In this document: positions 55,363 to 64,000 of the stretch, one piece after another
Layout: each line of letters starts with the position of its first letter
Numbering within the stretch: the first letter of the stretch is position 1
Assembly: GCA_945859975.1 (NCBI GenBank)
Contig: CAMAPH010000009.1
Location: forward strand, 1-64,000
From: Chthonomonas calidirosea
Lineage (GTDB): Bacteria > Armatimonadota > Fimbriimonadia > Fimbriimonadales > Fimbriimonadaceae
Length of the DNA: 64,000 bases
Reading direction: 5' to 3'
Program-made: the position numbers and the translations under genes
Notes under the pieces: generated by a model
Told to the model about the DNA's origin: nothing
Seen by the model: only the letters and a program-made list of their open reading frames with translations
Databases searched by the model: none

Positions 55363-57958
55363 CAGAAAGATGAGCACCTTCCAAATCTCAAAAGTTCAAA
55401 CCGAATACACGACCGAGCCGCTCGGCATCAGCGAGCCTTCGCCACGCTTCACCTGGCGAATCGAAACCGACGTCGAGAATTGGCTCCAGGAAGCTTGCCA
55501 AGTTCGCGTCACGCTTGAAGACGGCAGTGAGGTCTGGGACTCCGGGCAACTCGCCCAGGCCGATCAACGTGTTGAGTATCGCGGCCCGGCTCTGCTTTCG
55601 GCGACACGCTACCTGCTCGCGGTCACCGTGATTACCGCTGGAAACGCTGAAACATCCCAGGCAACTTGGTTTGAAACTGGACTGTTGGATCCCGCCGAGT
55701 GGAAGGCGGACTGGATTCAAGGCCGATTGGTCGGTGGTCGACGAGCCATGGTTCCGGCTCCTTACTTCCGGCGCTCGTTTGCGGTGGAGTCCAAGGTCGT
55801 TCGAGCCCGACTATACATCACGGCCCTTGGTGTGATGGACCCGAGCCTGAATGGCCATTTGATAGGAACTGACGAGCTCAGCCCGGGCTGGACGGACTAT
55901 CGAAAGCGCGTCCGGTATGTCACTTACGACGTCACCGAACACCTGCAGCATGGCGAGAACGTGCTCGGTGTCGCGTTGGGCGACGGCTGGTACGCCGGCA
56001 ACGTCGAATGGCGTGGGCGGCAGCTCTACGGCGACCGACCGGCCCTATTGGCCCAGCTTGTTGTCGAAACCGAAGACGGCCGAGTTGAAGTCGTCACCAA
56101 CGGAGATTGGCAACACAACTACGGTCCGATCGTTCAGGCCGACATCCTGATGGGTGAGCACCACGACTACCGATTGAGCTTCCCCGGCTGGGATGCGCCA
56201 GGATTTGATGCCAGCAACTGGCTCCCGGTCGAAACCGTCGAGCCAAATGTCGGCGCGCTTTTGGCTTACAACTGTCCGCCGATTCAGGCAGTTGAAACTT
56301 TGCAGCCAGTGAGCGTGAAGCGAATCCCAACTTGGCCGTCTGACATCTACTTGGTCGACTTCGGCCAGAACCTCGTTGGCCGAGTGCGGTTGAAAGTTTC
56401 TGGAAAACGTGGCCACACGATTCGAATTCGCTTTGGGGAAAAGCTAGACAATAACGGAAATCTCTACACGGAGAACCTTCGATCCGCGACTCAGACCGAC
56501 TTTGTCACCGTGAGCGGTGACGGGGTGGAAATCTTCGAGCCGAAGTTCACTTTCCACGGTTTCCAATACGCCGAAATCCAGAACTTTCCCGGCGAGTTTT
56601 CCACCGAGAACATTGAAGCGGTGGTCCTGCACACCGACTACGAAATGCCCGGTGACTTCACTTGTTCCGATGCCCTCCTCACGCAGTTGTGGAAAAACAT
56701 CCGCTGGGGCTGGCGCGGGAACAGCGTGGATGTGCCGACCGACTGCCCGCAGCGGGACGAGCGCCTTGGCTGGACCGGCGACGCCCAGGTGTTTGTCCGG
56801 ACCGCCATGACCATTGCGAACACGCAAACCTTCTGGGAGAAGTACCAACTCGATCTCGCCGATAGCCAAAGCCCCCAGGGCAAGATCCCGCCGACAGCGC
56901 CAGATACGGCGATCTTTGAGGACTCGGATGGCGGCCCAGCATGGTCTGACGCCTTGCTGATCTGCCCTTGGACGGTCTACGAAACCACCGGCGACGCGAG
57001 AATTCTGGAGCGGCACTTTGCGAGTTTCGAGACTTACTTCCGCTCCTTAGATCGCGCGGCAATCGATGACATTCGTAGCCATCCGAACCAGCCCGGATTC
57101 CTTGGATTTGGCGACTGGCTCAGCATCAATGCGGACACGCCCATCGAGCTTATCGGGACGGCGTTCTATGCTCGCAGCGCCGACCTAATGGCGAAAATTT
57201 GTCGAGTTATCGGACGGGAGGACCGGGTGGACCACTACGAAACCCGCTTCCGCGAGATTCGCGAGGCTTTCTTGCGCCGGTTCGTTACCGCCGATGGATT
57301 TATCCTGAGCGGCACTCAGACGGCTTATGTGCTTGCCCTCCATTTCGACCTGCTGCCGGAAGATCTGCACGCCGCGGCCGTCGAAGCATTGGTCACGGAT
57401 ATCGGCAAACGCGGCTACAAACTCAGCACCGGATTCGTCGGCTCGCCGTACCTCAACCACGTTCTGCTAAACAACGGACGCGCCGACGTGGCGTTCAAAC
57501 TGCTGCACCAAACCCAGTGGCCCAGTTGGCTTTATGCCGTCACTCAAGGCGCAACCACAATCTGGGAGCGTTGGGACGGCTGGACGCACGACAAGGGATT
57601 CCAGGACAAGGGCATGAACAGCTTCAACCACTATGCCTACGGTGCGATTGGTGATTGGATGATGCAGAAACTCGCCGGAATCGACCTGGCCGCTCCTGGC
57701 TTCTCAAAGCTGCGCCTGCAACCGCATCTTGGCGGAAACTTGACCTCGGTCAGCGCATCGCAAGATACGCCGTTTGGACTGGTGCATTCAAGCTGGGAAG
57801 TCTCCGAAGGGACGTTTACTTGGAGCTTCGTTGTGCCACCAAACACAACGGCAGAGATTCATCCACCCGCCAACGATGGAACTTTGAACGGCGAGCCATT
57901 CAATGGCCAAGAAGTCGGATCGGGAAGCTACACCTTTGTAGGTTCAGTGCTTAGTTGA
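55355..57958 (+). CDS. Alpha-L-rhamnosidase (GH78); start may be ATG 55370
   Basis: DFGQN, FTFHGFQY, PTDCPQRDERLGWTGD, GATTIWERW, MNSFNHYAYG. Confidence 0.95.
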   Translation: MTNRKMSTFQISKVQTEYTTEPLGISEPSPRFTWRIETDVENWLQEACQVRVTLEDGSEVWDSGQLAQADQRVEYRGPALLSATRYLLAVTVITAGNAETSQATWFETGLLDPAEWKADWIQGRLVGGRRAMVPAPYFRRSFAVESKVVRARLYITALGVMDPSLNGHLIGTDELSPGWTDYRKRVRYVTYDVTEHLQHGENVLGVALGDGWYAGNVEWRGRQLYGDRPALLAQLVVETEDGRVEVVTNGDWQHNYGPIVQADILMGEHHDYRLSFPGWDAPGFDASNWLPVETVEPNVGALLAYNCPPIQAVETLQPVSVKRIPTWPSDIYLVDFGQNLVGRVRLKVSGKRGHTIRIRFGEKLDNNGNLYTENLRSATQTDFVTVSGDGVEIFEPKFTFHGFQYAEIQNFPGEFSTENIEAVVLHTDYEMPGDFTCSDALLTQLWKNIRWGWRGNSVDVPTDCPQRDERLGWTGDAQVFVRTAMTIANTQTFWEKYQLDLADSQSPQGKIPPTAPDTAIFEDSDGGPAWSDALLICPWTVYETTGDARILERHFASFETYFRSLDRAAIDDIRSHPNQPGFLGFGDWLSINADTPIELIGTAFYARSADLMAKICRVIGREDRVDHYETRFREIREAFLRRFVTADGFILSGTQTAYVLALHFDLLPEDLHAAAVEALVTDIGKRGYKLSTGFVGSPYLNHVLLNNGRADVAFKLLHQTQWPSWLYAVTQGATTIWERWDGWTHDKGFQDKGMNSFNHYAYGAIGDWMMQKLAGIDLAAPGFSKLRLQPHLGGNLTSVSASQDTPFGLVHSSWEVSEGTFTWSFVVPPNTTAEIHPPANDGTLNGEPFNGQEVGSGSYTFVGSVLS

Positions 57959-59042
57959 GCACGTCGCGATAAACGACTTCAAATCGCTTGACCATCTCGG
58001 TGAGCGTGAACATTTGGCGGACGACATTCTGTCCAGTCCGCCCCATTCGTTCACGCTCATCCTCGTTTTCCAGCAAGTAGTGAATGGCTTCGGCGATGCT
58101 GGACGGTCGTAGGTCAACCAGCAAACCGGTCTGTTTGTGCTGAACAACCTCGGGCAATGCTCCAATTCGAGTTGCGACGACCGCACGTCGCCGGGCCATG
58201 GCCTCGATTGCCGCGACGCCAAAGGTTTCCATCACGCTTGGCAGCGTGCTGATCGTCATTGCGTCCAAAAGGCTTGGAATATCGTGTCGAACTCCGGTCA
58301 AGGTCGCGTGATCTCGCAGACCAGAATCGTCGATTGCGGCGTGAACCTCGGCCTGAACGCTTTCTTCTACCTTTCCGACAAACAGGACATGTGCGTCCGG
58401 ATGGTCTTGCCGAACTTGCTTCATCGCGCTGATCAGTTCGAGTTGTCCTTTATCCCGACAAACTTTCCCCACGAGGCCAATCACTTTTCGGTCGGTTGGG
58501 ATGCCTAGGCCAGCCAGAACTTCATTCCGATCTGCCGGGGCGAAGTCAATAAAGTCTGTACCGTTATATACGGTCCGCACGAAGCGCTCCGGAATGCCAT
58601 TTCCGCGCAACATTCCGGCAACGTAGTTGCTCACCGCGACCAAGCGATTGTTGCGATGGGCTAGGCGCCGATAAATCTGGTCGTTGTTGGCGATGTGAAC
58701 GCTCGTGACGATCGGAACCCGCGTCAACAAGCCCAGAGCGTGGCCAATATAGGCCGCGCGCGTGAGGTGGGTGTGAACTAGCTGAATGTCGTTTCGCCGA
58801 ATTTCGCGGACCAGGCCGGTCATGGTTTGCAGCCAGCCGAAGCCCTTCATCCGGCTTTCCATCACCGGGATGCCGCTTGAGCGCAATGCCCCGGGCAACC
58901 ACCCGCCGCCGGGCGTTACGACCTGAACGTGATGGTCATTCTGCTGCAGGAGATTTGAGAGCGATGAGACGTGCCGCTCCGCACCGGAGGTTGCGCTGCT
59001 TGAGATAAGTTGCAGGACTCTCAACTGGCCGTCGTTGCTCAA
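57951..59042 (-). CDS. Glycosyltransferase family 4
   Basis: SGAERHV, VHTH, ETFGVAAIEAMA (ExF-x4-E), GALPEVV. Confidence 0.92.
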   Translation of the reverse strand: MSNDGQLRVLQLISSSATSGAERHVSSLSNLLQQNDHHVQVVTPGGGWLPGALRSSGIPVMESRMKGFGWLQTMTGLVREIRRNDIQLVHTHLTRAAYIGHALGLLTRVPIVTSVHIANNDQIYRRLAHRNNRLVAVSNYVAGMLRGNGIPERFVRTVYNGTDFIDFAPADRNEVLAGLGIPTDRKVIGLVGKVCRDKGQLELISAMKQVRQDHPDAHVLFVGKVEESVQAEVHAAIDDSGLRDHATLTGVRHDIPSLLDAMTISTLPSVMETFGVAAIEAMARRRAVVATRIGALPEVVQHKQTGLLVDLRPSSIAEAIHYLLENEDERERMGRTGQNVVRQMFTLTEMVKRFEVVYRDVLN

Positions 59043-59111
59043 ATTTTCCGTTCCTTGTTACCACGAACCGTAATCCAGCGAGGATACCTTTCAAGGTTCA
59101 TACTATGATTC

Positions 59112-60425
59112 ATGGAATCATCCTCCAACTCTGGGCTACCAAAGCCGGGTTGGAAGGCCAAACTAGCTGGCAATCCGCTGGCTCAAGTCTTTTCCATTAG
59201 AGACTTCCGACTGCTCTGGATCGGTGCATTTTTTAGTTTCACCGGCAGTTGGGTTCAAAACGTTTGTCAGGGCTACCTGATTTACGAGATGACCAAGGAC
59301 GAGTCGAAGCTGGCGTACGTCAGCGCGGCGAACTCGATTCCCTTCTTTCTCTTCGGCCTTGCGGCTGGATCGCTGGTTGACACCCGGGATAAGCGACACA
59401 TCCTCATCGGGGCTCAGATTCTATTTGCCTGTGCCTCACTCTACATGGCGGCGGCAACGCATTTTCGCTTCGTTTCCTACGAGCAAGTCATTCTCGTTTC
59501 CTTTATGCTGGGCACGATTGCGTGCGTCGAAGCTCCAACCCGCCAGAGCGTCGTGAGCCGGGTAGTTCCGGTGGAGTTTCTCTCCGCTGCGATTCCGATC
59601 CAGGCGATGACGTTCAACACCGCCCGCATCATTGGTCCGGCGATCGGCGGTGTGTTGCTGGCCAACGTTGGAGTGCCAGTTGGCTACCTCGTGAACGCGC
59701 TGACCTTCATGGCATTGATCGGCTGCGTGGCGGCCATGAGAGCCGACCTCTCTCCGGCAACCACAGAGCGGGTGCCTTTCCTCACCTTGATCAAGGAAGG
59801 AATCAAGTACACCTGGAACGAGCGGAGATTGCGAACCTTGCTGATCATGGAGAGCGTCACCGCTCTGTTCGGCATCTTCTACATCCCGATGATGCCGGCT
59901 TACATCGACCAGGTGCTCAAGATTCCGCACGAGACCCCGGCAGGCAAACTGGCCATTGGCAACGCCTATACCGCCATCGGCGTCGGGGCGCTTTGCACTT
60001 TGCTGCTCATGACGCAAATCACAGATGCCAAGCGCAAAGGTCGCTTCATCACGGTCGGAATGGCGGTGAGCGGATTGGTGCTGTGGGTCCTCGCCAGTGC
60101 TCAAAACCCTTGGCTAGCGTTCCCTTTGATGTCCGTGATCGGCGCATGCACCGTATTGCAGTTCAACACGACGAATGCCCTATTTCAAACCATTGCCCCG
60201 GAGCACTTACGCGGCCGAGCTCTTTCCGCCCACATTTGGGCGCTCAACGGGCTCTCCCCGTTCGGGGTCGCGATTCTTGGCACCGTTGCCCGACAGTCGA
60301 GAGATTCCAGCTTTGGCGTCTTTGGATCGGGGATTCCGCTCGCCATGCACATCGGCGCTTGTCTCATGATTTGTGGTGCGCTATTTGGGTTCGCAAATCG
60401 CGGCGTCCTGCGAGACCTAACCTAA
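59112..60425 (+). CDS. MFS transporter
   Basis: About 12 TM segments; RDFRLLWIG..S..GSWVQ, PTRQS, FNTARIIGPAIGG. Confidence 0.92.
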   Translation: MESSSNSGLPKPGWKAKLAGNPLAQVFSIRDFRLLWIGAFFSFTGSWVQNVCQGYLIYEMTKDESKLAYVSAANSIPFFLFGLAAGSLVDTRDKRHILIGAQILFACASLYMAAATHFRFVSYEQVILVSFMLGTIACVEAPTRQSVVSRVVPVEFLSAAIPIQAMTFNTARIIGPAIGGVLLANVGVPVGYLVNALTFMALIGCVAAMRADLSPATTERVPFLTLIKEGIKYTWNERRLRTLLIMESVTALFGIFYIPMMPAYIDQVLKIPHETPAGKLAIGNAYTAIGVGALCTLLLMTQITDAKRKGRFITVGMAVSGLVLWVLASAQNPWLAFPLMSVIGACTVLQFNTTNALFQTIAPEHLRGRALSAHIWALNGLSPFGVAILGTVARQSRDSSFGVFGSGIPLAMHIGACLMICGALFGFANRGVLRDLT

Positions 60426-60465
60426 GTCATCCCCGGAAGCAGGGCTGGTCAAGTAATATTTCTCC

Positions 60466-60903
60466 ATGGGAAGTCGCGAGGTCGAAGAGTGGCTGTGGAT
60501 CACCAGCCGAGACCTTGACCGTGCCACCGACGAAGTGACTTCTAGCCGCCCCCGGCTGGCCGGGAGTCGTTACTGGCAACCACGCGTAGACGTGCTCGAA
60601 GAAGCGCACCGATTCCTCATCAAAGCCGAACTCCCCGGCGTCCGCTCAGAAGACATTCAACTTGCCTATGCCCCGGAGCGAAATGCAGTCGTGCTCCACG
60701 GAGTACGCAACGAAGACTTCAGCGATGGCGACCGAATTGGCATTCATCAACTTGAAATCCTCTATGGAGAGTTTCACCGCGAAATCACCTTGCCCGGAGG
60801 AGCGATCGACTCCCAAGGAATTCGCGCCCAATATCGGAATGGCTTTCTGCTCATCATGATCCCGAAGATGGAACGCCTGACCGTCACGATTAATCGAATC
60901 TAA
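60466..60903 (+). CDS. Hsp20/alpha-crystallin family protein
   Basis: WQPRVDV.E, AELPGV, YGEFHREITLP, AQYRNGFL.I..PK. Confidence 0.92.
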   Translation: MGSREVEEWLWITSRDLDRATDEVTSSRPRLAGSRYWQPRVDVLEEAHRFLIKAELPGVRSEDIQLAYAPERNAVVLHGVRNEDFSDGDRIGIHQLEILYGEFHREITLPGGAIDSQGIRAQYRNGFLLIMIPKMERLTVTINRI

Positions 60904-63347
60904 TGCCCGAAGACACCCTCACCGAAGTTATCCTCCCGGTCATCGAAGAAGAGGAATCCGTTAGCGAAGACTTGCCCACCCCAGATGTTGAAGACGGGAC
61001 GGAGCAGGAAGCTAAGCCGGACGTTCCGAGCATTCTGAACATTCTTCCGTTGCGCGATAGCGTCATCTATCCAATGCTGATTGCCCCGCTTTCGGTCGGG
61101 CGCGATGCCGGAGTTCAGTTGGTCGACGAGAGCGTGGTTGGCAACAACCGCATTATCGGCGTGGTCGCGCAGAAGGACCCGCAGATGGACCAGCCGGGGT
61201 TTGACGATGTCTATCAGTACGGTTGCGCCGTCATTATTCGAACCCTCGTCAAGATGCCCGACGCAACTCGGTTGATCGTTCAGGGAGTATCGCGCTTCCG
61301 AATCATCGAGCAGGTTCAGGATCAGCCGTATCTCACTGCGCGCATCGAGGTCATCGAAGACATTCAGCCGGGCCCGGACAGAGCGGAAGAAATCGAAGCC
61401 CTTCGCCGATCGATCGCTGCGCTGTTTGAGCAAGCGATTCGTTTGTCGCCAAACCTCCCGGATGAGCTCCGGTCTCTGACTCAGGCGGTCAAAGAAACGA
61501 ACGTCATGGCCGACCTGGTTGCGGCGCATATGACGCTGACCCTTGAGGACAAGCAGCGGATTCTTGAGATTTCGGATGTCGAAGAACGTCTTCGCCTTCT
61601 TTTGGAATTGCTCGTCAAAGAAGTTCGGGTCCTAGAACTCACGAGCAAAGTACAAAGCGAAGTCAATACTGAACTCAGCAAGACCCAGCGCGACTACTAC
61701 CTCCGCGAGCAGCTCAAGGCCATCCAGCGTGAGCTCGGCGAATCGGACGACCGCGGCGAAGAGTTGGAAGAACTCCAAGGCAGAATCCTTGAAGCGAACT
61801 TGCCCGAGGCCGCGCTCAAGGAAGTCAACCGTGAGTTCGATCGACTTCGACGTATGAACCCTGGCGCACCGGAATACACCGTGGCGCGGACTTACGTCGA
61901 CACGATGGTCTCCTTGCCGTGGAACACCACCACCGTCGACCGCCTAGAACTCGCGAACGTCAAGGAAGTTCTGGACGCCGACCATTACGGCCTCGCCCAG
62001 ATTAAGGACCGAATCATCGAGTTTCTGGCCGTCCGAAAGGTCAAAACCACCGGCACGATTCGGCAGCCGATCCTCTGCTTCGTCGGCCCTCCCGGCGTCG
62101 GAAAGACCTCGCTGGGCCGCAGCATTGCCACCGCGATGGACCGCAAGTACGCGCGCATCAGCCTTGGCGGCATGCGGGACGAAGCCGAGATTCGCGGCCA
62201 CCGTCGCACCTACATCGGCGCGATGCCCGGTCAGCTCATGCAGGCCCTGCGCCGAGTCGAAAGCGGCAACCCAGTCATGGTGCTTGACGAGATCGACAAG
62301 CTCGGCAACGACTTCCGCGGCGACCCCTCGTCGGCGCTGCTCGAAGTGCTCGATCCCGAGCAGAACATCACCTTCCGCGACCATTACGTGGACGTTCCGT
62401 TCGACCTGAGCCGCGTGTTCTTCATCGCAACCGCCAACCGGCTGGACACGATTCCTGCGCCATTGCGCGACCGAATGGAGATCATCGAACTCGGCGGTTA
62501 CACCGAAGAAGAGAAGATCGAAATTGCGGTACGCCACCTCGTGCCAAAGCAAGTCGAAGAGCACGGGCTTCGTCCAACCCAAATCGCGTTCAAGCGCGAG
62601 GCGATTCAAAAGATCGTCCGGCACTACACCCGCGAAGCTGGGGTGCGAAACCTGGAGCGAGAGATTGGTACGGTCACCCGAAAAGTCACGCGCCGGTTTG
62701 CCGAGGGCAACAAAGCAAAGATCAACGTGACGACGAAATACGTGGAAACCGCGCTCGGCGCCCCGCGATTCATCCACGACGAGGTTTTGGAACGCGAGTT
62801 GAATCCGGGAACGGCAGTCGGCCTTGCCTGGACGCCGGTCGGTGGAGACATTCTCTTCATCGAAAGCGCGAAGATGCCCGGTACCCGGGGCCTGATCGTG
62901 ACCGGACAACTCGGCGATGTGATGAAAGAGTCCATCACCGCTGCGATGAGCTATGCGCGAAGTAATGCGGTTAAGCTCAAGTTGGACCTGTCCAACTTGG
63001 ATAAAACGGAGATTCACGTTCACGTTCCAGCGGGTGCGGTTCCCAAGGACGGCCCCAGCGCGGGCGTCACGATGCTGACCGCGCTCACTTCGCTGTTTAG
63101 CGATCGACCGGTGAAGAAGCGATTGGCAATGACGGGAGAAATTACGCTCTCGGGCCAGGTGCTGCCGGTGGGTGGGATTAAGGAGAAGGTTCTAGCGGCG
63201 TTCCGCGCGGGCGTGGACACCCTGATTCTTCCGGATCAGAACCAAAAGGACTACCTTGAGGACGTTCCGTCCGAAATCCGCGAGAAGCTAACGGTGCACT
63301 TCGTGAAGCACGCCGACCAGGTTTTGAAGCTCGCCCTAGAAAAGTAG
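60903..63347 (+). CDS. lon: ATP-dependent Lon protease
   Basis: N-domain [19 protein letters not shown]; catalytic PKDGPSAG and GGIKEK. Confidence 0.97.
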   Translation: MPEDTLTEVILPVIEEEESVSEDLPTPDVEDGTEQEAKPDVPSILNILPLRDSVIYPMLIAPLSVGRDAGVQLVDESVVGNNRIIGVVAQKDPQMDQPGFDDVYQYGCAVIIRTLVKMPDATRLIVQGVSRFRIIEQVQDQPYLTARIEVIEDIQPGPDRAEEIEALRRSIAALFEQAIRLSPNLPDELRSLTQAVKETNVMADLVAAHMTLTLEDKQRILEISDVEERLRLLLELLVKEVRVLELTSKVQSEVNTELSKTQRDYYLREQLKAIQRELGESDDRGEELEELQGRILEANLPEAALKEVNREFDRLRRMNPGAPEYTVARTYVDTMVSLPWNTTTVDRLELANVKEVLDADHYGLAQIKDRIIEFLAVRKVKTTGTIRQPILCFVGPPGVGKTSLGRSIATAMDRKYARISLGGMRDEAEIRGHRRTYIGAMPGQLMQALRRVESGNPVMVLDEIDKLGNDFRGDPSSALLEVLDPEQNITFRDHYVDVPFDLSRVFFIATANRLDTIPAPLRDRMEIIELGGYTEEEKIEIAVRHLVPKQVEEHGLRPTQIAFKREAIQKIVRHYTREAGVRNLEREIGTVTRKVTRRFAEGNKAKINVTTKYVETALGAPRFIHDEVLERELNPGTAVGLAWTPVGGDILFIESAKMPGTRGLIVTGQLGDVMKESITAAMSYARSNAVKLKLDLSNLDKTEIHVHVPAGAVPKDGPSAGVTMLTALTSLFSDRPVKKRLAMTGEITLSGQVLPVGGIKEKVLAAFRAGVDTLILPDQNQKDYLEDVPSEIREKLTVHFVKHADQVLKLALEK

Positions 63348-63381
63348 GACTAATTCCCTCGTGACATGCGTCTAACGAGGG

Positions 63382-63873
63382 ATGATCCTTTTCGCGCTGC
63401 ACTTGATGCCAGATATCAAGCAGATCAATATCAACGTGCTTGAGTACGAAGTTTCGCCAAAGTTCGAACTCACGGAAGTGAGCGTGACGCGTTCGAAGGA
63501 CAACACCGTCCGCGCCGTTGTCGACACCGCGAAGATCACGAAGTCGATTCAGTCGCTCGTCGACTTACGGCGCGCAAAGAAGGTTGCCGATACTTCCGTA
63601 CGAACCATCTCGGACAAACCGGCCGGCTGGGGTCCGTCGAGTTCTTCAACACTTGAGGTCACCAAGACGTGGAAGTTTCTGCCGAGCCCTACGGCGGAAG
63701 GAATCAAGCTTGACGCCAGCGTCGAGCGCGCCTATGGACCTAAGAGCGTTACGCACGAGATCAAAACCGTGCTAAAAACTGGCAAGTCCTTCACCCTCAC
63801 GGTGACCGATGCCGACGGCAAGCGCCGGCTTGTCATTGTCACCCCGACCTTAGTTCCCGATGTACTCTTCTAG
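63382..63873 (+). CDS. Hypothetical protein with a secretin-like beta pattern
   Basis: 163-aa ORF: QININVLEYEV...KVADTSVRTISDKPA...GIKL...RLVIVTPTLV. Confidence 0.55.
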   Translation: MILFALHLMPDIKQININVLEYEVSPKFELTEVSVTRSKDNTVRAVVDTAKITKSIQSLVDLRRAKKVADTSVRTISDKPAGWGPSSSSTLEVTKTWKFLPSPTAEGIKLDASVERAYGPKSVTHEIKTVLKTGKSFTLTVTDADGKRRLVIVTPTLVPDVLF

Positions 63874-64000
63874 TCGAAGGCAGTCTGCCTTCGTCGGATC
63901 GGAGAACACATCCAAGGCCCGAATCAACGCAACCGCGGTGTCGATCGACGTCACGCACGGCACCCCGGTTTCAATGCATGCCCGCCGAATTCGAGCGGCC
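63850..64000 (-). CDS. carB: Carbamoyl-phosphate synthase large subunit, C-terminal fragment
   Basis: Manual translation ...ARIRRACIETGVPCVTSIDTAVALIRALD...LEEYIGN* resembles the end of the CarB MGS domain. Confidence 0.75.
   Translation of the reverse strand, partial: AARIRRACIETGVPCVTSIDTAVALIRALDVFSDPTKADCLRLEEYIGN

Noticed and set aside
60466..63347. hsp20-lon coupling as a novel system
   Set aside because: A common, already known heat-shock gene arrangement

Overview
Bacterial chromosomal window, GC-rich and gene-dense. The gene mix (PEP-CTERM proteins, DUF1592/DUF1552, DUF1800, archaeal/eukaryote-type ProRS, many apparently leaderless genes) suggests Armatimonadota (Fimbriimonas-like); this is inference, not a database result. 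Housekeeping genes: trpD-trpC-trpF, an ABC exporter trio, ROK kinase, PDH E2, panB/panC, bcp, MTAP, DprA-like, mutY, hisS, proS, dus, rluB-dac-scpB-scpA, hsp20-lon, the 3' end of carB, tRNA-Ser(GGA) and tRNA-Cys(GCA). Accessory genes: two toxin-antitoxin-like pairs, four tandem PEP-CTERM genes, c-type cytochromes, a Gsp-synthase-like ligase with a small lipoprotein, and three six-hairpin glycosidases. No CRISPR array, rRNA, integrase or transposase was recognised. Four observations stand out. (1) An unannotated antisense small RNA and 26-codon ORF lie behind trpF (4821-4961). (2) A cluster of five DnaA boxes with an AT-rich flank (46255-46398) is a candidate oriC with no dnaA in the window. 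(3) A MoxR-type AAA ATPase plus HExxH-peptidase/vWA pair sits between dus and that cluster and appears to have removed the dus stop codon. (4) A HEPN gene carries an in-frame TAG at codon 3 inside a perfect palindrome. Family assignments come from motif recognition only.
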